From the IMG/VR virus record IMGVR_UViG_3300048855_000073, positions 1 to 44,051 of that record: DNA of 44,051 bases; one strand, written 5' to 3'. The stretch is from a virus. Lineage: Duplodnaviria; Caudoviricetes. A model generated the notes under the pieces. It was not told the origin of the DNA. It ran no database searches and saw only the letters and a list, made by a program, of their open reading frames with translations. Each line of letters begins with the position of its first letter. Within the stretch, counting starts at the first letter, position 1. The translations under genes and the position numbers were made by a program. Of this stretch, positions 15,543 to 25,091 are shown in pieces.

Positions 15543-17239
15543 GCGACTGGAACCTGTCGTGTCTGGATTGGGAGGACCGCATCCGGACCGGCAGGAGCCT
15601 CCTGCCCTCCCTGCCGCTCTGGGATGCCGAGGCGCAGCGCGCGGTCGCCATCTTCAATCGCCTGAAAATCCCGGACGTACCGGGAACCCCCACCTTCGAG
15701 GTGGCAGGCGGCGATTGGTTCCGCGACATGGTCGCGGCACTGCACGGCTCGCTCGACCCGGTCACCAAGCAGCGGCTGATCCGCGAGCTGTTCCTGCTGG
15801 TACCGAAGAAGAACGCGAAGACCACCGGCGGCGCCGGTCTGATGCTCACCTCGGTGCTGGTGAATCGGCGGCCCAAGGCGGAATTCCTGCTGGTGGCCCC
15901 GACGCAAAAGGTCGCGGATCTGTCCTTCGGCCAGGTGGCCGGCATGATCGACCTGGATCCGGTGCTGGAGCGGCTGTTCCACGTCCAGGCCCACCTGAAG
16001 AAGATCACCCACCGGAAGAGCGGCGCCACCCTGGAGGTGAAGTCCTTCTCCCCAAAAGTGATGACGGGGGTGAAGCCCGCAGGCGCGCTCATCGATGAGC
16101 TGCACGTCATCGCGGAATCGCCGGACGCCGACCGCGTCATCGGCCAGATCCGCGGCGGCATCGTGTCGCAGAGCGAGGGCTTCATTGCCTTCATCACCAC
16201 GCAGTCGGAGCGGCCGCCGAAGGGGGTCTTCCGGGCCGAGCTCTACAAGGCCCGGGCCATCCGCGACGGCAGAGCCACCGGCAAGATGCTGCCGCTGCTC
16301 TACGAGTTCCCGGCGGCGATCGCCGCGGTTCCCAAGGCCGATGGTGAGCCTGCCGCCTGGGAGAACCCGGCGCTCTGGCACATGGTCACCCCCAACAACG
16401 GGCGGTCGATCACGGTCGAGCGCCTGGTGGAGGACTATGACACCGCCAAGCTGGCCGGCGCCGAGGAGCTGCTGCGCTGGGCCTCGCAGCACCTGAATGT
16501 CGAGATCGGCCTGGCGCTGCGCTCCGACCGCTGGGCCGGCGCCGACTGGTGGCAGCAGCGGGCGCAGCCGGCGCTGACCTTCGAGGAGATCCTGCGCCGC
16601 TGCGATGTGGTGGTGGCAGGCGTCGATGGCGGCGGCCTGGATGATCTTTTGGCGCTGGCCATGATGGGCCGCGACCGGGGGGACCGGAACCGCTGGTATC
16701 TCTGGTGCCATGCCTGGGCGCATCCGGCGGTCTTCGAGCGGCGCAAATCGATCGCCGCCGAGCTGCGCGATTTCGAGGAGGCCAAGCACCTCACCGTGGT
16801 TAAGGCGTTCGGCCAGGACGTGGTGCAGCTGATCGCCTGGATCAAGCGCATGGACGAGACCGGCAAGCTGGCTTCGGTCGGCCTCGATCCCATGGGTGTC
16901 GGCGCCATCGTCGACGCGCTTGCCGAGATCGGTGTGGTCGGTGAGCGGATAATTGGCATTCCGCAGGGCTGGATGCTCTCGGGCGCCATCAAGACGGCGG
17001 AGCACAAACTGGCTGCCGGCACGCTGGAGCATGGCGGGCAGCCAATTCTCGCTTGGGCGGTCGGCAACGCGAAAGTCGAGCCGCGTGGCAATGCCGTGAC
17101 CATGACCAAGCAGGCGGCCGGTACGGCCAAGATCGACCCGTTGATGGCGGCATTGAACACGGTGGCCCTGATGTCGAAGAACCCGGAACCACCCAACCAG
17201 AAGCTCACCGCTTCGCAGATCTTCGGAGGGGTTGCCTGA
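15539..17239 (+). CDS. terL: Terminase large subunit
   Basis: PKKNAKTT Walker A, IDELH Walker B, GVDGGGLDDL and KIDPLMA nuclease motifs; TTGA overlap with terS. Confidence 0.95.
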   Translation: MSDWNLSCLDWEDRIRTGRSLLPSLPLWDAEAQRAVAIFNRLKIPDVPGTPTFEVAGGDWFRDMVAALHGSLDPVTKQRLIRELFLLVPKKNAKTTGGAGLMLTSVLVNRRPKAEFLLVAPTQKVADLSFGQVAGMIDLDPVLERLFHVQAHLKKITHRKSGATLEVKSFSPKVMTGVKPAGALIDELHVIAESPDADRVIGQIRGGIVSQSEGFIAFITTQSERPPKGVFRAELYKARAIRDGRATGKMLPLLYEFPAAIAAVPKADGEPAAWENPALWHMVTPNNGRSITVERLVEDYDTAKLAGAEELLRWASQHLNVEIGLALRSDRWAGADWWQQRAQPALTFEEILRRCDVVVAGVDGGGLDDLLALAMMGRDRGDRNRWYLWCHAWAHPAVFERRKSIAAELRDFEEAKHLTVVKAFGQDVVQLIAWIKRMDETGKLASVGLDPMGVGAIVDALAEIGVVGERIIGIPQGWMLSGAIKTAEHKLAAGTLEHGGQPILAWAVGNAKVEPRGNAVTMTKQAAGTAKIDPLMAALNTVALMSKNPEPPNQKLTASQIFGGVA

Positions 17240-18600
17240 TGGGCTTCTGGCCAGTCCCGCTGCCCAAGGCATCACTGCAACGGGTGGAGCCAGCCTTCAC
17301 CACGCAGCGCGCGGCAGCACCGGCGGAGCAGACCCGCTCCGAGCCGACTTTCGACACTTGGAAGCGGCTGCCGTTCTTCGGCGGCATGACGGCATCGGGC
17401 GTCACGGTCACCGGCGACAGCCCGATCACCCATGACACGGTGCTGGCCTGCTACAACGTCATCGCCGAAGGCTGCGCGATGCTGCCGGCCTATCTCTATC
17501 GGGAACGCGGCGCGCAGCGGAAGCACGCCACGGATCATCCGCTGTACGAGGTGCTGCTTTCCAGCCCGTGCCCGCACATGACGGCCTTCGCCTTCTGGAA
17601 GCTCGTCTTCTTCGAGAAGCTGCACTACGGCAACCACTACTCGCTGATCGAGCGGGATGCCGATGGCCTGGTGGTGGGCCTGCTGCCCGTCGAGAATGGG
17701 CTATGCCAGCCCTTCTGGTATGTCGACGATCAGCGCCGCCGGCGACGTGCCTACCGCATATCGGCGCCGGAGCGGCCGCAGGCGGTGTTCCTGGAACACG
17801 AGGTGTTCCACGTCCAGAATATGCCGCTACTGCGCGGCGCTGATTATGGCCTCTACGGCCTGTCGATCTGGCAGATGTACCAGACCGAGACGATCGGCGG
17901 CGCCCTGGCGACCAACCAGTTCGCCAATAGCACCTTCCGCAACGGCGCCAGCCTGTCCGGCATCGTCGCGGTGGAAGGCGCGCTGAGCCCGGAAGCCGGG
18001 AAAGAAGCGCGGGAGATGGTGCGGGAAGCCTATGCCGGCACCGAACGCGCCGGCTCGATCGGCGTCTTTGGCGGCAATGCGAAGTTCTATCCGATCTCGC
18101 AGGACAGCCAGAAGGCGCAGCTGCTGGAGACGCGGAAGCACTACCGATCGGTGCTGGCCGGCCTGCTGCGGGTCACCGCGCACCTGATCAACGACCTGGA
18201 GAAGGGTACCTTCACCAACGTCGAGCATCTCGACTTGAACCACTACAAGCACTGCCTCAACCCGCACCTGCTCGATCTGCGGCAGACGATCCACAAGGAT
18301 CTGCTGACGCGGCTCGAAACCCGCTCTGGCCTCTATGTCGACCACGACGAGAGGGAGATGCTGCGCGGCGATCTGAAGAGCCGCACCGAGTTCTGGGCGC
18401 AGGCCATTCAGAACGCCATCGCCAAGCCCAACGAGGCGCGGGAGGACTTCAACCTGCCGCCCGATCCGGATGGCGACACGCTGATGATGAACGGTGCGTC
18501 AGTGCCGCTGGCGCGTGTGATTGCCGGCCCGCCCAAGGCTCTCACGCCGCCGACCGGCAAGACGCCAGATCCCGAGGAAAAGCCCAGCGATGCTGCCTGA
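17239..18600 (+). CDS. Portal protein (HK97 family)
   Basis: V.AC..VIAE..A.LP, HPLYEVL..P, AQLLETR, LRGDLKSR, PNEARE. Confidence 0.95.
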   Translation: MGFWPVPLPKASLQRVEPAFTTQRAAAPAEQTRSEPTFDTWKRLPFFGGMTASGVTVTGDSPITHDTVLACYNVIAEGCAMLPAYLYRERGAQRKHATDHPLYEVLLSSPCPHMTAFAFWKLVFFEKLHYGNHYSLIERDADGLVVGLLPVENGLCQPFWYVDDQRRRRRAYRISAPERPQAVFLEHEVFHVQNMPLLRGADYGLYGLSIWQMYQTETIGGALATNQFANSTFRNGASLSGIVAVEGALSPEAGKEAREMVREAYAGTERAGSIGVFGGNAKFYPISQDSQKAQLLETRKHYRSVLAGLLRVTAHLINDLEKGTFTNVEHLDLNHYKHCLNPHLLDLRQTIHKDLLTRLETRSGLYVDHDEREMLRGDLKSRTEFWAQAIQNAIAKPNEAREDFNLPPDPDGDTLMMNGASVPLARVIAGPPKALTPPTGKTPDPEEKPSDAA

Positions 18601-19204
18601 CAGCGAAAAGCCGGCGGAGATCGAGCTCCGCTTCCTGGAAATGGAGATCCGCGCCGGGACGGATGCCGAGGGCAAGCCCACCCGCCGGGTGGAAGGCCTC
18701 GCCGCGCCCTACCGGGCACCGACCAAGATTCGCTCCTGGGGCGGCTACGAGTTCGAGGAGCAGCTGGAGCCGGGTGTTTTCGGCGAAACGCTGCGCTCCG
18801 GCGCCGATGTGCGGCTGCTGCTGGAGCATGATCCTCGCTCTCTGCTGGCCCGCACCAAGGCCGGCAATCTGCGCCTGCGCGACACCGCCAGCGGCCTCGA
18901 ATTCGAGGCGGACCTGCCGGACACGCAGGCCGCCCGCGACGCTCTGGAGAACATCCGGGCAAAGAATTTCCCCGGCATGAGCTTCGGCTTCCGCCCGCGG
19001 GACATGCTGCGCTCCTATGACGACAAGGGGCGCATGACCAGCGTGAGACATCGCTCGGCCGACCTGAGCGAGATCTCCATCGTCTCGCTGCCGGCCTACG
19101 CCAAGACATCGGTCGCGCTGCGCTCGGTGCTCCTGCAAGCCCCTCCCGCCGCGCCGGCGGACACCCTGTCCCTGCGGCTGCGCCTGGCGCGCCTGCGCGG
19201 CTGA
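18590..19204 (+). CDS. HK97 family prohead protease
   Basis: LLEHD...LART, GL.FEADLPDT, GMSFGF, EISIVSLPAY. Confidence 0.95.
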   Translation: MLPDSEKPAEIELRFLEMEIRAGTDAEGKPTRRVEGLAAPYRAPTKIRSWGGYEFEEQLEPGVFGETLRSGADVRLLLEHDPRSLLARTKAGNLRLRDTASGLEFEADLPDTQAARDALENIRAKNFPGMSFGFRPRDMLRSYDDKGRMTSVRHRSADLSEISIVSLPAYAKTSVALRSVLLQAPPAAPADTLSLRLRLARLRG

Positions 19205-19253
19205 TTCCCTGGCCGGGAAGCTCTCCCGGCACCCTGACCAAGGAAATGACCCT

Positions 19254-20732
19254 ATGAAGCGTGGTCGCACCATGACCGCGGCGCTGGCCGTCCTGTGCCT
19301 GTTCGCCGGCCTGTTGATGCTCGATCCCGGCCAGGCCAGCGCGGCCGGCCTGACCCTGTCGGCGGCGCTGCCGGCCCTGTCCGACCATGGCTCGCTGGGC
19401 CTGCTGGGCGCCCTGGCGGCGCTGGGCGGCACCATCACCCTGGCCGAGCTGAAGCAGAAGCGCGCCGCCCTGCTGGACGAGATGGACACCATCACCAAGG
19501 CCGACCTGACGGATGAGACGCGCACGCGTTTCGACGCGGCCGACACCGAGCTGCGCACGCTGGATGCCGATATCACCCGGGTGTCCCGCCTGGAGGAGGC
19601 GCAGCGCCTGCGCGCCGAGCAGCAGGCGCCTAAGACCGAGACCCGCAGCACGGTGCACGCCGGCGTGGCCGAGACGCGCGATCTGGGCTGGGAATTCGGT
19701 GCCTTCGTGCGCTCCTATGCGCAGTCGCAGCTGCTGTTCCGCAGCGGCAAGGGGCAGGTGCAGCCTTCGGAGCTGGCGACCGGCTTCTATGGCGAGCAGC
19801 ACCCGGTGACCCAGGAGCTGACCCGCGCCCAGACCGCCAGCCAGAACAGCGACGGCGGCTTCCTGATCACGCCGACCCTGGCCGGCGAATTCCTGCGCCT
19901 GTTCGGGCCCAAGACGGTCGTGCGAAAGCGCGCCCGCGTGGTCCCGGGCAATGCCTCCTATCTGAAGGGCAAGTCCGGCGCCTCGGTCACCTATGTCGGC
20001 GAGAACGAGCAGGGCCAGGTGACCGGCGTCGGCTTCGGCATGATCGACATGACGGAGAAGGATATCTCCGCCATCCTGCCGATCAGCCAGAAGCTGCTGC
20101 GCAACGCCAATACCATCAGCATCGAGAGCTATTGCCGCGACGAGCTGGCCCGCGCCGCGGCCGAGTTCGAGGACCGGATGTTCTTCTACGGCCAGGGCGT
20201 GGGCAAGCAGGTGAAGGGCTATGCCTTCGCCATCCCTGCCGCCATGAAGTTCGCCGCCGGCGCCGGGACCAACCCGGATCATGCCGCGGTGCGCGCGCTG
20301 CTGCGCAAGATCCTGAAGGCCATGGCGCTGGCCAATGTCCCGGTGGATGCCAGCGCGGCCTGGTACATGAACCCGGCGATCAAGATGTATCTGGAAGATC
20401 TCTACGTCGGCGACGTGAAGGCCTTCCCCTCGCTGGAAGGCTCCAACCCCACGCTGTTGGGCTATCCCGTCGACACCACCACCCAGGTGACCGGCCCGGC
20501 CGATGCGGGCGGCGATATCTTCTTCGGCGTGCATGGCTACGCGATGGTCGGCGACAGCGTCGCCATGAGCCTGTCCGTCTCCGACCAGGCTTCCTTCAAG
20601 GATGCCAATGGCCAGCAGGTGAACATGTGGGCGCAGGGCCTGATGGCCATCAAGCTCGACATGAGCCACGACTTCGCCCTGCAGTATCCCGAGGCCTTCG
20701 GCATGCTGACCGGGGTGAAGTGGGGCCAGTAA
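19254..20732 (+). CDS. Major capsid protein (HK97 fold) with atypical hydrophobic N-terminal extension
   Basis: Coiled-coil delta domain, DGGFLI.P, YVGE, PIS..LL, LLGYPV motifs; AAGGA SD 9 nt before ATG. Confidence 0.93.
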   Translation: MKRGRTMTAALAVLCLFAGLLMLDPGQASAAGLTLSAALPALSDHGSLGLLGALAALGGTITLAELKQKRAALLDEMDTITKADLTDETRTRFDAADTELRTLDADITRVSRLEEAQRLRAEQQAPKTETRSTVHAGVAETRDLGWEFGAFVRSYAQSQLLFRSGKGQVQPSELATGFYGEQHPVTQELTRAQTASQNSDGGFLITPTLAGEFLRLFGPKTVVRKRARVVPGNASYLKGKSGASVTYVGENEQGQVTGVGFGMIDMTEKDISAILPISQKLLRNANTISIESYCRDELARAAAEFEDRMFFYGQGVGKQVKGYAFAIPAAMKFAAGAGTNPDHAAVRALLRKILKAMALANVPVDASAAWYMNPAIKMYLEDLYVGDVKAFPSLEGSNPTLLGYPVDTTTQVTGPADAGGDIFFGVHGYAMVGDSVAMSLSVSDQASFKDANGQQVNMWAQGLMAIKLDMSHDFALQYPEAFGMLTGVKWGQ

Positions 20733-20761
20733 GCCCGGCTGACCGACTGCTGAGCCTGCCA

Positions 20762-20793
20762 AAGAGGCGCCTCCGGGCGCCTCTTGGCGTTTC
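20762..20793 (+). terminator. Stem-loop after capsid gene
   Basis: AAGAGGCGCC-TCCG-GGCGCCTCTT followed by GGCGTTT. Confidence 0.55.
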
Positions 20794-20821
20794 CGGCCTC
20801 CTGACCAGGATCTGATCCCCC

Positions 20822-21289
20822 ATGGCACTGACCACCGCCCTGGGCCGCAACGACGCGGCCTATTTCACCCCCGTCTATGCCGCCGCCGAGACGGCGCTCA
20901 CCGCCGCCGGCGCCGGCGACAACACCGAGATCACCACCGCCCAGCTGGACCTGCGCGACCAGTTCGGCACCAAGCGCTTCACCTCCCTGACCCTGCTGCT
21001 GACCTGCTCGGCCGTTCTGGCCGCGACCCGCAGCCTGGCGCTCAAGGCCGTGCGCTTCGAGCATAGCGACGACGCCACCACCTGGACCGATGTCGAGCCC
21101 GGCGTGACCGCGCTGACCCTGACCAGCACCGCCGGCGGCACGGTGACCGGCGCCGCGGTGATTGACTGCAACCTCGTGGAAGCCAAGCGCTACGTGCGGG
21201 CCAAGTTCACGCCCGACCTGAGCAACACGGCGACCGACACCGCCAAGGTCGGCGCGGCCTATCTGCTCACCGGCGCGACCGAGATCTGA
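20822..21289 (+). CDS. Putative head decoration/virion protein
   Basis: Thr/Ala-rich beta protein with HSDD..TWTDV and KRYVR motifs, directly after capsid. Confidence 0.6.
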   Translation: MALTTALGRNDAAYFTPVYAAAETALTAAGAGDNTEITTAQLDLRDQFGTKRFTSLTLLLTCSAVLAATRSLALKAVRFEHSDDATTWTDVEPGVTALTLTSTAGGTVTGAAVIDCNLVEAKRYVRAKFTPDLSNTATDTAKVGAAYLLTGATEI

Positions 21290-21295
21290 GGCGCC

Positions 21296-21904
21296 ATGCT
21301 GACCGTCATCACCCCGGCCGAAACCCAGCTGCTGGCCTCGGTCACCGATACCTGCGCGGAGCTCGGCCTCGGTGATGACCAGCAGGCCAGTGTCGCCACG
21401 GTGATCAAGCGCGCCTCGGCCGCGATCGCGCGCTACTGCGCCCGCCCCTTCGGGCGGGAAACGGTGCGCGAGCGCCTGCGCCCCTTCCGCTCCGGCGCCG
21501 TCATCCTGGAGCGCCGACCTGCCGTGAGGATCGTCAGCATCCTGGTCGACGGCCAGGCGCTGGATCCCGCGGAGACGGAATGCAATTCGGAGACTGGGCT
21601 GCTGTTCCGCCTGCAGGATGGCGAGCCGGGCCCCTGGCGCGGCAGCAGCGTCACGGTGACCTATGAGGCCGGCTGGATCCTGCCCGGCCCGAGCGATGCG
21701 GATCTGCCGGAGGATATCCGGGAGGCCTGCCTGCTGCTGGTCACCGCCTGGCACGCCGATCGCGGCCGCAACCCGCTGCTGCGCTCCGAAAGCGAGGAGG
21801 GCATCGGCTCCTCCTCCTGGCTGGATCCCCGCGCCGGCATGGAGGCCATGCCGCCGCAGGTGGCCGGCCTGCTGAAGCCCTATCGCCGGGTCTTCATCGC
21901 CTGA
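21296..21904 (+). CDS. Head-tail connector (gp6/phiE125 gp8-like)
   Basis: MLTVITP, ASAAIARYC.R, VTYEAG, P.DI.EACL.LV..W, LL.PYRR. Confidence 0.85.
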   Translation: MLTVITPAETQLLASVTDTCAELGLGDDQQASVATVIKRASAAIARYCARPFGRETVRERLRPFRSGAVILERRPAVRIVSILVDGQALDPAETECNSETGLLFRLQDGEPGPWRGSSVTVTYEAGWILPGPSDADLPEDIREACLLLVTAWHADRGRNPLLRSESEEGIGSSSWLDPRAGMEAMPPQVAGLLKPYRRVFIA

Positions 21905-22248
21905 TGTCCGCGCGCCTTGAACGCCGCCGGCGGATGATCCGCACACGCGGCCGGCTGGTGCAGCTGCAGCGCCAGGCGCGCGGCAGCACCAGCATCGAGC
22001 ACCAGGCGGATCTGCTGGGCTTTCCGCATGCCCCAGGGGCCGCGGACTTCACCGCCGGCGTCCAGCAGGGGGACTTGGTGGTGGAGACGCTGGACGATGA
22101 GCTGCAGGCCTATGGCTGGCCGGATCAGCCGCGCAGCCGGGACAAGCTGCTGCTGGATGGGCTGACCTACACGGTCGCCAATGCCTTTCCGATCTTCGAC
22201 GCCGCGCTGCGCATCGGCTGGCGCATCTGGGTCAAGGGTGGCGCATGA
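21904..22248 (+). CDS. Putative head closure/adaptor
   Basis: Size and position after connector. Confidence 0.55.
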   Translation: MSARLERRRRMIRTRGRLVQLQRQARGSTSIEHQADLLGFPHAPGAADFTAGVQQGDLVVETLDDELQAYGWPDQPRSRDKLLLDGLTYTVANAFPIFDAALRIGWRIWVKGGA

Positions 22249-22655
22249 GCAATCCGGATGTTTGGGCGGACGTGAAGAGCCGCGTGCTGCCGGCCGCCGA
22301 CGCAGAGGGCGATGTGCTGGTGGTCCTGCCGAATGAGCAGGACCCCTTCGACAAGGGCGCCACCTTTGTCCGGCTGGAGATCCATTCCAGCGGCGGTGAG
22401 CCGATCGGCATGGGCGGCGAGCCCTGGCTCGAGGAGGGCACCATCGGCATCCACGTCATGGTGCCCAGCGGATCGGGCTTCGACCGGGGCAATGCCATCC
22501 GGCACCGGCTCGGCCTGGCCTTCCGCCGCTGCTTGCCGATCGTCGGGTTGGAATACCGCGGCACCGTTTCCGCCCCCGAAGACTCCTACGACGAAGCCGG
22601 CAACTGGTGCCGCCTCTCCCTGTCCGTGTCCTACCAGTACCAGGACATGGCCTGA
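22245..22655 (+). CDS. Putative tail terminator protein
   Basis: PNE..F, E.G.I.IHV.VP.G.G pattern; position. Confidence 0.65.
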   Translation: MSNPDVWADVKSRVLPAADAEGDVLVVLPNEQDPFDKGATFVRLEIHSSGGEPIGMGGEPWLEEGTIGIHVMVPSGSGFDRGNAIRHRLGLAFRRCLPIVGLEYRGTVSAPEDSYDEAGNWCRLSLSVSYQYQDMA

Positions 22656-22675
22656 CCCCTCCGCGAGGAATCGCC

Positions 22676-22939
22676 ATGAAGATCTTCCTGCTGCGCGAGA
22701 CCGCGCCGATGTCCGGCCTGTTTTCGCTGACCACCGATGTGCTGGACAGCTCGCCGGCGGAGGCCGCGGCGGCCTGTGTCGAGCGCCAGGCGGCCGAGCA
22801 CGCCCGCTTCGCGATGCTGCCCTATGAGGCGCTGCGCCAGGTGCTTGAGGCCGCCGCCGTCCCGACGCCGTCCGCGGTCGCGTCGACGCCGCCGGCGAAG
22901 GCCGCCGCCGCCGACGCGGCGCCCCCCGCCAAGGCCTGA
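22676..22939 (+). CDS. Hypothetical protein
   Basis: GAGGA SD; Ala/Pro-rich tail. Confidence 0.55.
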   Translation: MKIFLLRETAPMSGLFSLTTDVLDSSPAEAAAACVERQAAEHARFAMLPYEALRQVLEAAAVPTPSAVASTPPAKAAAADAAPPAKA

Positions 22940-22964
22940 TCCGGGCCTTTCCCCGCAACCCATG

Positions 22965-22990
22965 AGGGGCGCTCCGGCGCCCCTTTTTCT
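22965..22990 (+). terminator. Intrinsic terminator before tail tube gene
   Basis: AGGGGCGC-TCCG-GCGCCCCT followed by TTTTCT. Confidence 0.65.
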
Positions 22991-23004
22991 ATGGAGGAGG
23001 GCAC

Positions 23005-24198
23005 ATGCCCGGTCCCACCGCTGGCTTTCAGGCCGGTATTGAAAGCAATGACGTCACCTGGTCGCTCGCCCAGGAAGTGACCTGGGGCGTGTCGCCCACC
23101 GGCCCCTACAGCGCGCTGCGCACCACGGGCGGCGAGAGCATGCAGCTGCAGGAGCAGACGGCGCGCCCGACAGAGGTCAACGAGCTGGCCGAGGCGGCCG
23201 CCGAGGAAACCACCAGCGTCAGCGCTGGCGGCAGCATCCCCATCGCGCTCAGCTTCGGCACCTATGATGAGCTGTTCTCCGGCTTGCTGCGCAGCGATTG
23301 GGGCACCCCGCTGGCGATCGACGGCGTCGCCGGCGACATCCAGGCGGTCGCCTCCGGCAACAAGCTGACCAGCGCCACGGCCGGGAAGTTCGCCAATGCC
23401 GCGGTCGGGCAGTGGATCCGGCTCAGCGGCTTCCCGCTGAACAACGGGGTCTATCGCATCGCGGCCAAGGCCTCCGCGCTGGAGATCACCCTGGCCGGCC
23501 GCACGCTGGTCAACGAGACCCCGACCGGCAGCAATGCCAAGATCCGGGGGCGGTCGCTCGTCAATGCTCGGATGTTCAAGTCCTACACGCTGCGCAAGAA
23601 GCTCGGCGCGCTCGGCTACCAGCAGTATCCCGGCAGCATCATCACCGGCGCGCCGCTGCGGATGAGCCTTGGCGACTTCCTGACCGGCAGCCTGACCTTC
23701 CTCTCGAAGGGCGAGGTCAAGAGCCTGGTCGATATCGCCAGCTCGCTGGTGCCGGCACCGGCCGGCGTGGTGCACAACAACGTCAAAGGCTTCGGCGGGC
23801 TGTTCCTGGATGGCGGAACCAAGGTCCAGGCCACCATGCGCAGCCTCAACGTGAATATCAGCCTTGAGGGTGCCGCCGCCGATTACGGCATGGGCAGCGA
23901 AGATGCCCAGGGCATGCGCCAGGGCACCTTCACCGCCGGCATGGAAGCGGAGATGTACTTCCCGAGCTGGGATCTCTACGACCGCGCCCGCTCCTCGCTG
24001 GGCGGCGGCGAGGTGACCGGCGTCACCATGGATGCCCGCGGCAATGCCTATGCCTTCACGTTGCTGAACGGCAAGGCCCGCAACCCGCGCATCGTGGCGG
24101 GCCGCCCCGGCGAGCCGGTGCTGGCCAGCTTCAGCTTCTCGGGCAACCCACGCGATATCGGCGGCACGCTGCAGATCGACGCGATGGCGGCTGCCTGA
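23005..24198 (+). CDS. Tail tube (major tail) protein
   Basis: E.TWGV.P, LR.TG.ES, GG.I..LSFG.YDE; strong GGAGGAGG SD. Confidence 0.85.
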   Translation: MPGPTAGFQAGIESNDVTWSLAQEVTWGVSPTGPYSALRTTGGESMQLQEQTARPTEVNELAEAAAEETTSVSAGGSIPIALSFGTYDELFSGLLRSDWGTPLAIDGVAGDIQAVASGNKLTSATAGKFANAAVGQWIRLSGFPLNNGVYRIAAKASALEITLAGRTLVNETPTGSNAKIRGRSLVNARMFKSYTLRKKLGALGYQQYPGSIITGAPLRMSLGDFLTGSLTFLSKGEVKSLVDIASSLVPAPAGVVHNNVKGFGGLFLDGGTKVQATMRSLNVNISLEGAAADYGMGSEDAQGMRQGTFTAGMEAEMYFPSWDLYDRARSSLGGGEVTGVTMDARGNAYAFTLLNGKARNPRIVAGRPGEPVLASFSFSGNPRDIGGTLQIDAMAAA

Positions 24199-24330
24199 CC
24201 AGATCGCGCGCAGGTGCCGCGGCGCCCGCGCGCGCAGGGGCCGGCCGTGCTGCGGGGTGCAGCCGGCCCCATCCCTTTCCACACCCCGCAGTCCCGCACC
24301 CCGAATCTTACCCGCAGAGGATTACACCCC

Positions 24331-24744
24331 ATGGCCAAGCTCTCCGCCTTCCGCTCCGACACCCGCGCGATCAATGACGGCGCCTGGATCCGCGTCGATG
24401 ACGCCGCCTATGGCGATCTCGACATCATGAGCCGCGGCTACACGGATGAATTCGTCGACGCGCAGAATGCCCGCCTGATGAAGGCGGCCGAGCCGTTCCT
24501 CGGTGACCGCGACCGCATTCCGAATTCCGTTCGCCGCGAGATCAATGCCGGCCTCCTGCGGGACTTCCTGGTGATCGACGTGCGCAACCTGGAAGGCGAT
24601 GACGGCAAGCCGGTCAGCGTCGAGCAGTTCCACGACATGTTGGAGCAGCCGGAATACGCCAAGCTGCAGCGCGCCTGCTGGCTCGCCGCCGGCCGCATCA
24701 CCACCCGCGCCGCGGAGCAGGCGAAGGCCGCCGCGGGAAACTGA
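24331..24744 (+). CDS. Tail assembly chaperone (G)
   Basis: Position after tail tube; ends in slippery G GGA AAC. Confidence 0.8.
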   Translation: MAKLSAFRSDTRAINDGAWIRVDDAAYGDLDIMSRGYTDEFVDAQNARLMKAAEPFLGDRDRIPNSVRREINAGLLRDFLVIDVRNLEGDDGKPVSVEQFHDMLEQPEYAKLQRACWLAAGRITTRAAEQAKAAAGN

Positions 24745-25091
24745 CCGCGGCGCTCCGGCACCAGCTCGAATGGGGCGCCTATCCGGAGTTCGCTGAGGAC
24801 CCGGAGATCAGGGCACTTCGCGTCGAGGTGGCGCCGGGGAATCGCTGGATCTGGAATGCCTGGCAGAGCCTGCACGATGAGCGACCGTACATCGTGCAGG
24901 GCATGTCCTCGCCAATGGGTGTGACCATCATCCAATCCCGGCCCGGCAACATCCCGTGGAGTAGGCTGCACCTTTGGGCGCAGCACCACGGCATGTCCCC
25001 GGCGGAGCTGCATCTGCTGCACACCGTCGTGCGCAAGATGGATGCGGCGTTCCGCGAGGATTGGGAGCGGAAGCACAAGGTCCAGCGATGA
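24738..25091 (+). CDS. Tail assembly chaperone T part (-1 frameshift fusion GT)
   Basis: The -1 frame is open from 24738 and continuous with ORF 24828-25091. Confidence 0.75.
   Translation, partial: KLTAALRHQLEWGAYPEFAEDPEIRALRVEVAPGNRWIWNAWQSLHDERPYIVQGMSSPMGVTIIQSRPGNIPWSRLHLWAQHHGMSPAELHLLHTVVRKMDAAFREDWERKHKVQR

Noticed and set aside
19246-19442. Mini-ORF ATG ACC CTA TGA before the capsid start that would give MTLAELKQKR if joined to ACC CTG at 19437 (insertion or ribosome hop idea)
   Set aside because: SD is only 1 nt from that ATG and ACCCT is common here; probably chance, though worth a look in Ribo-seq
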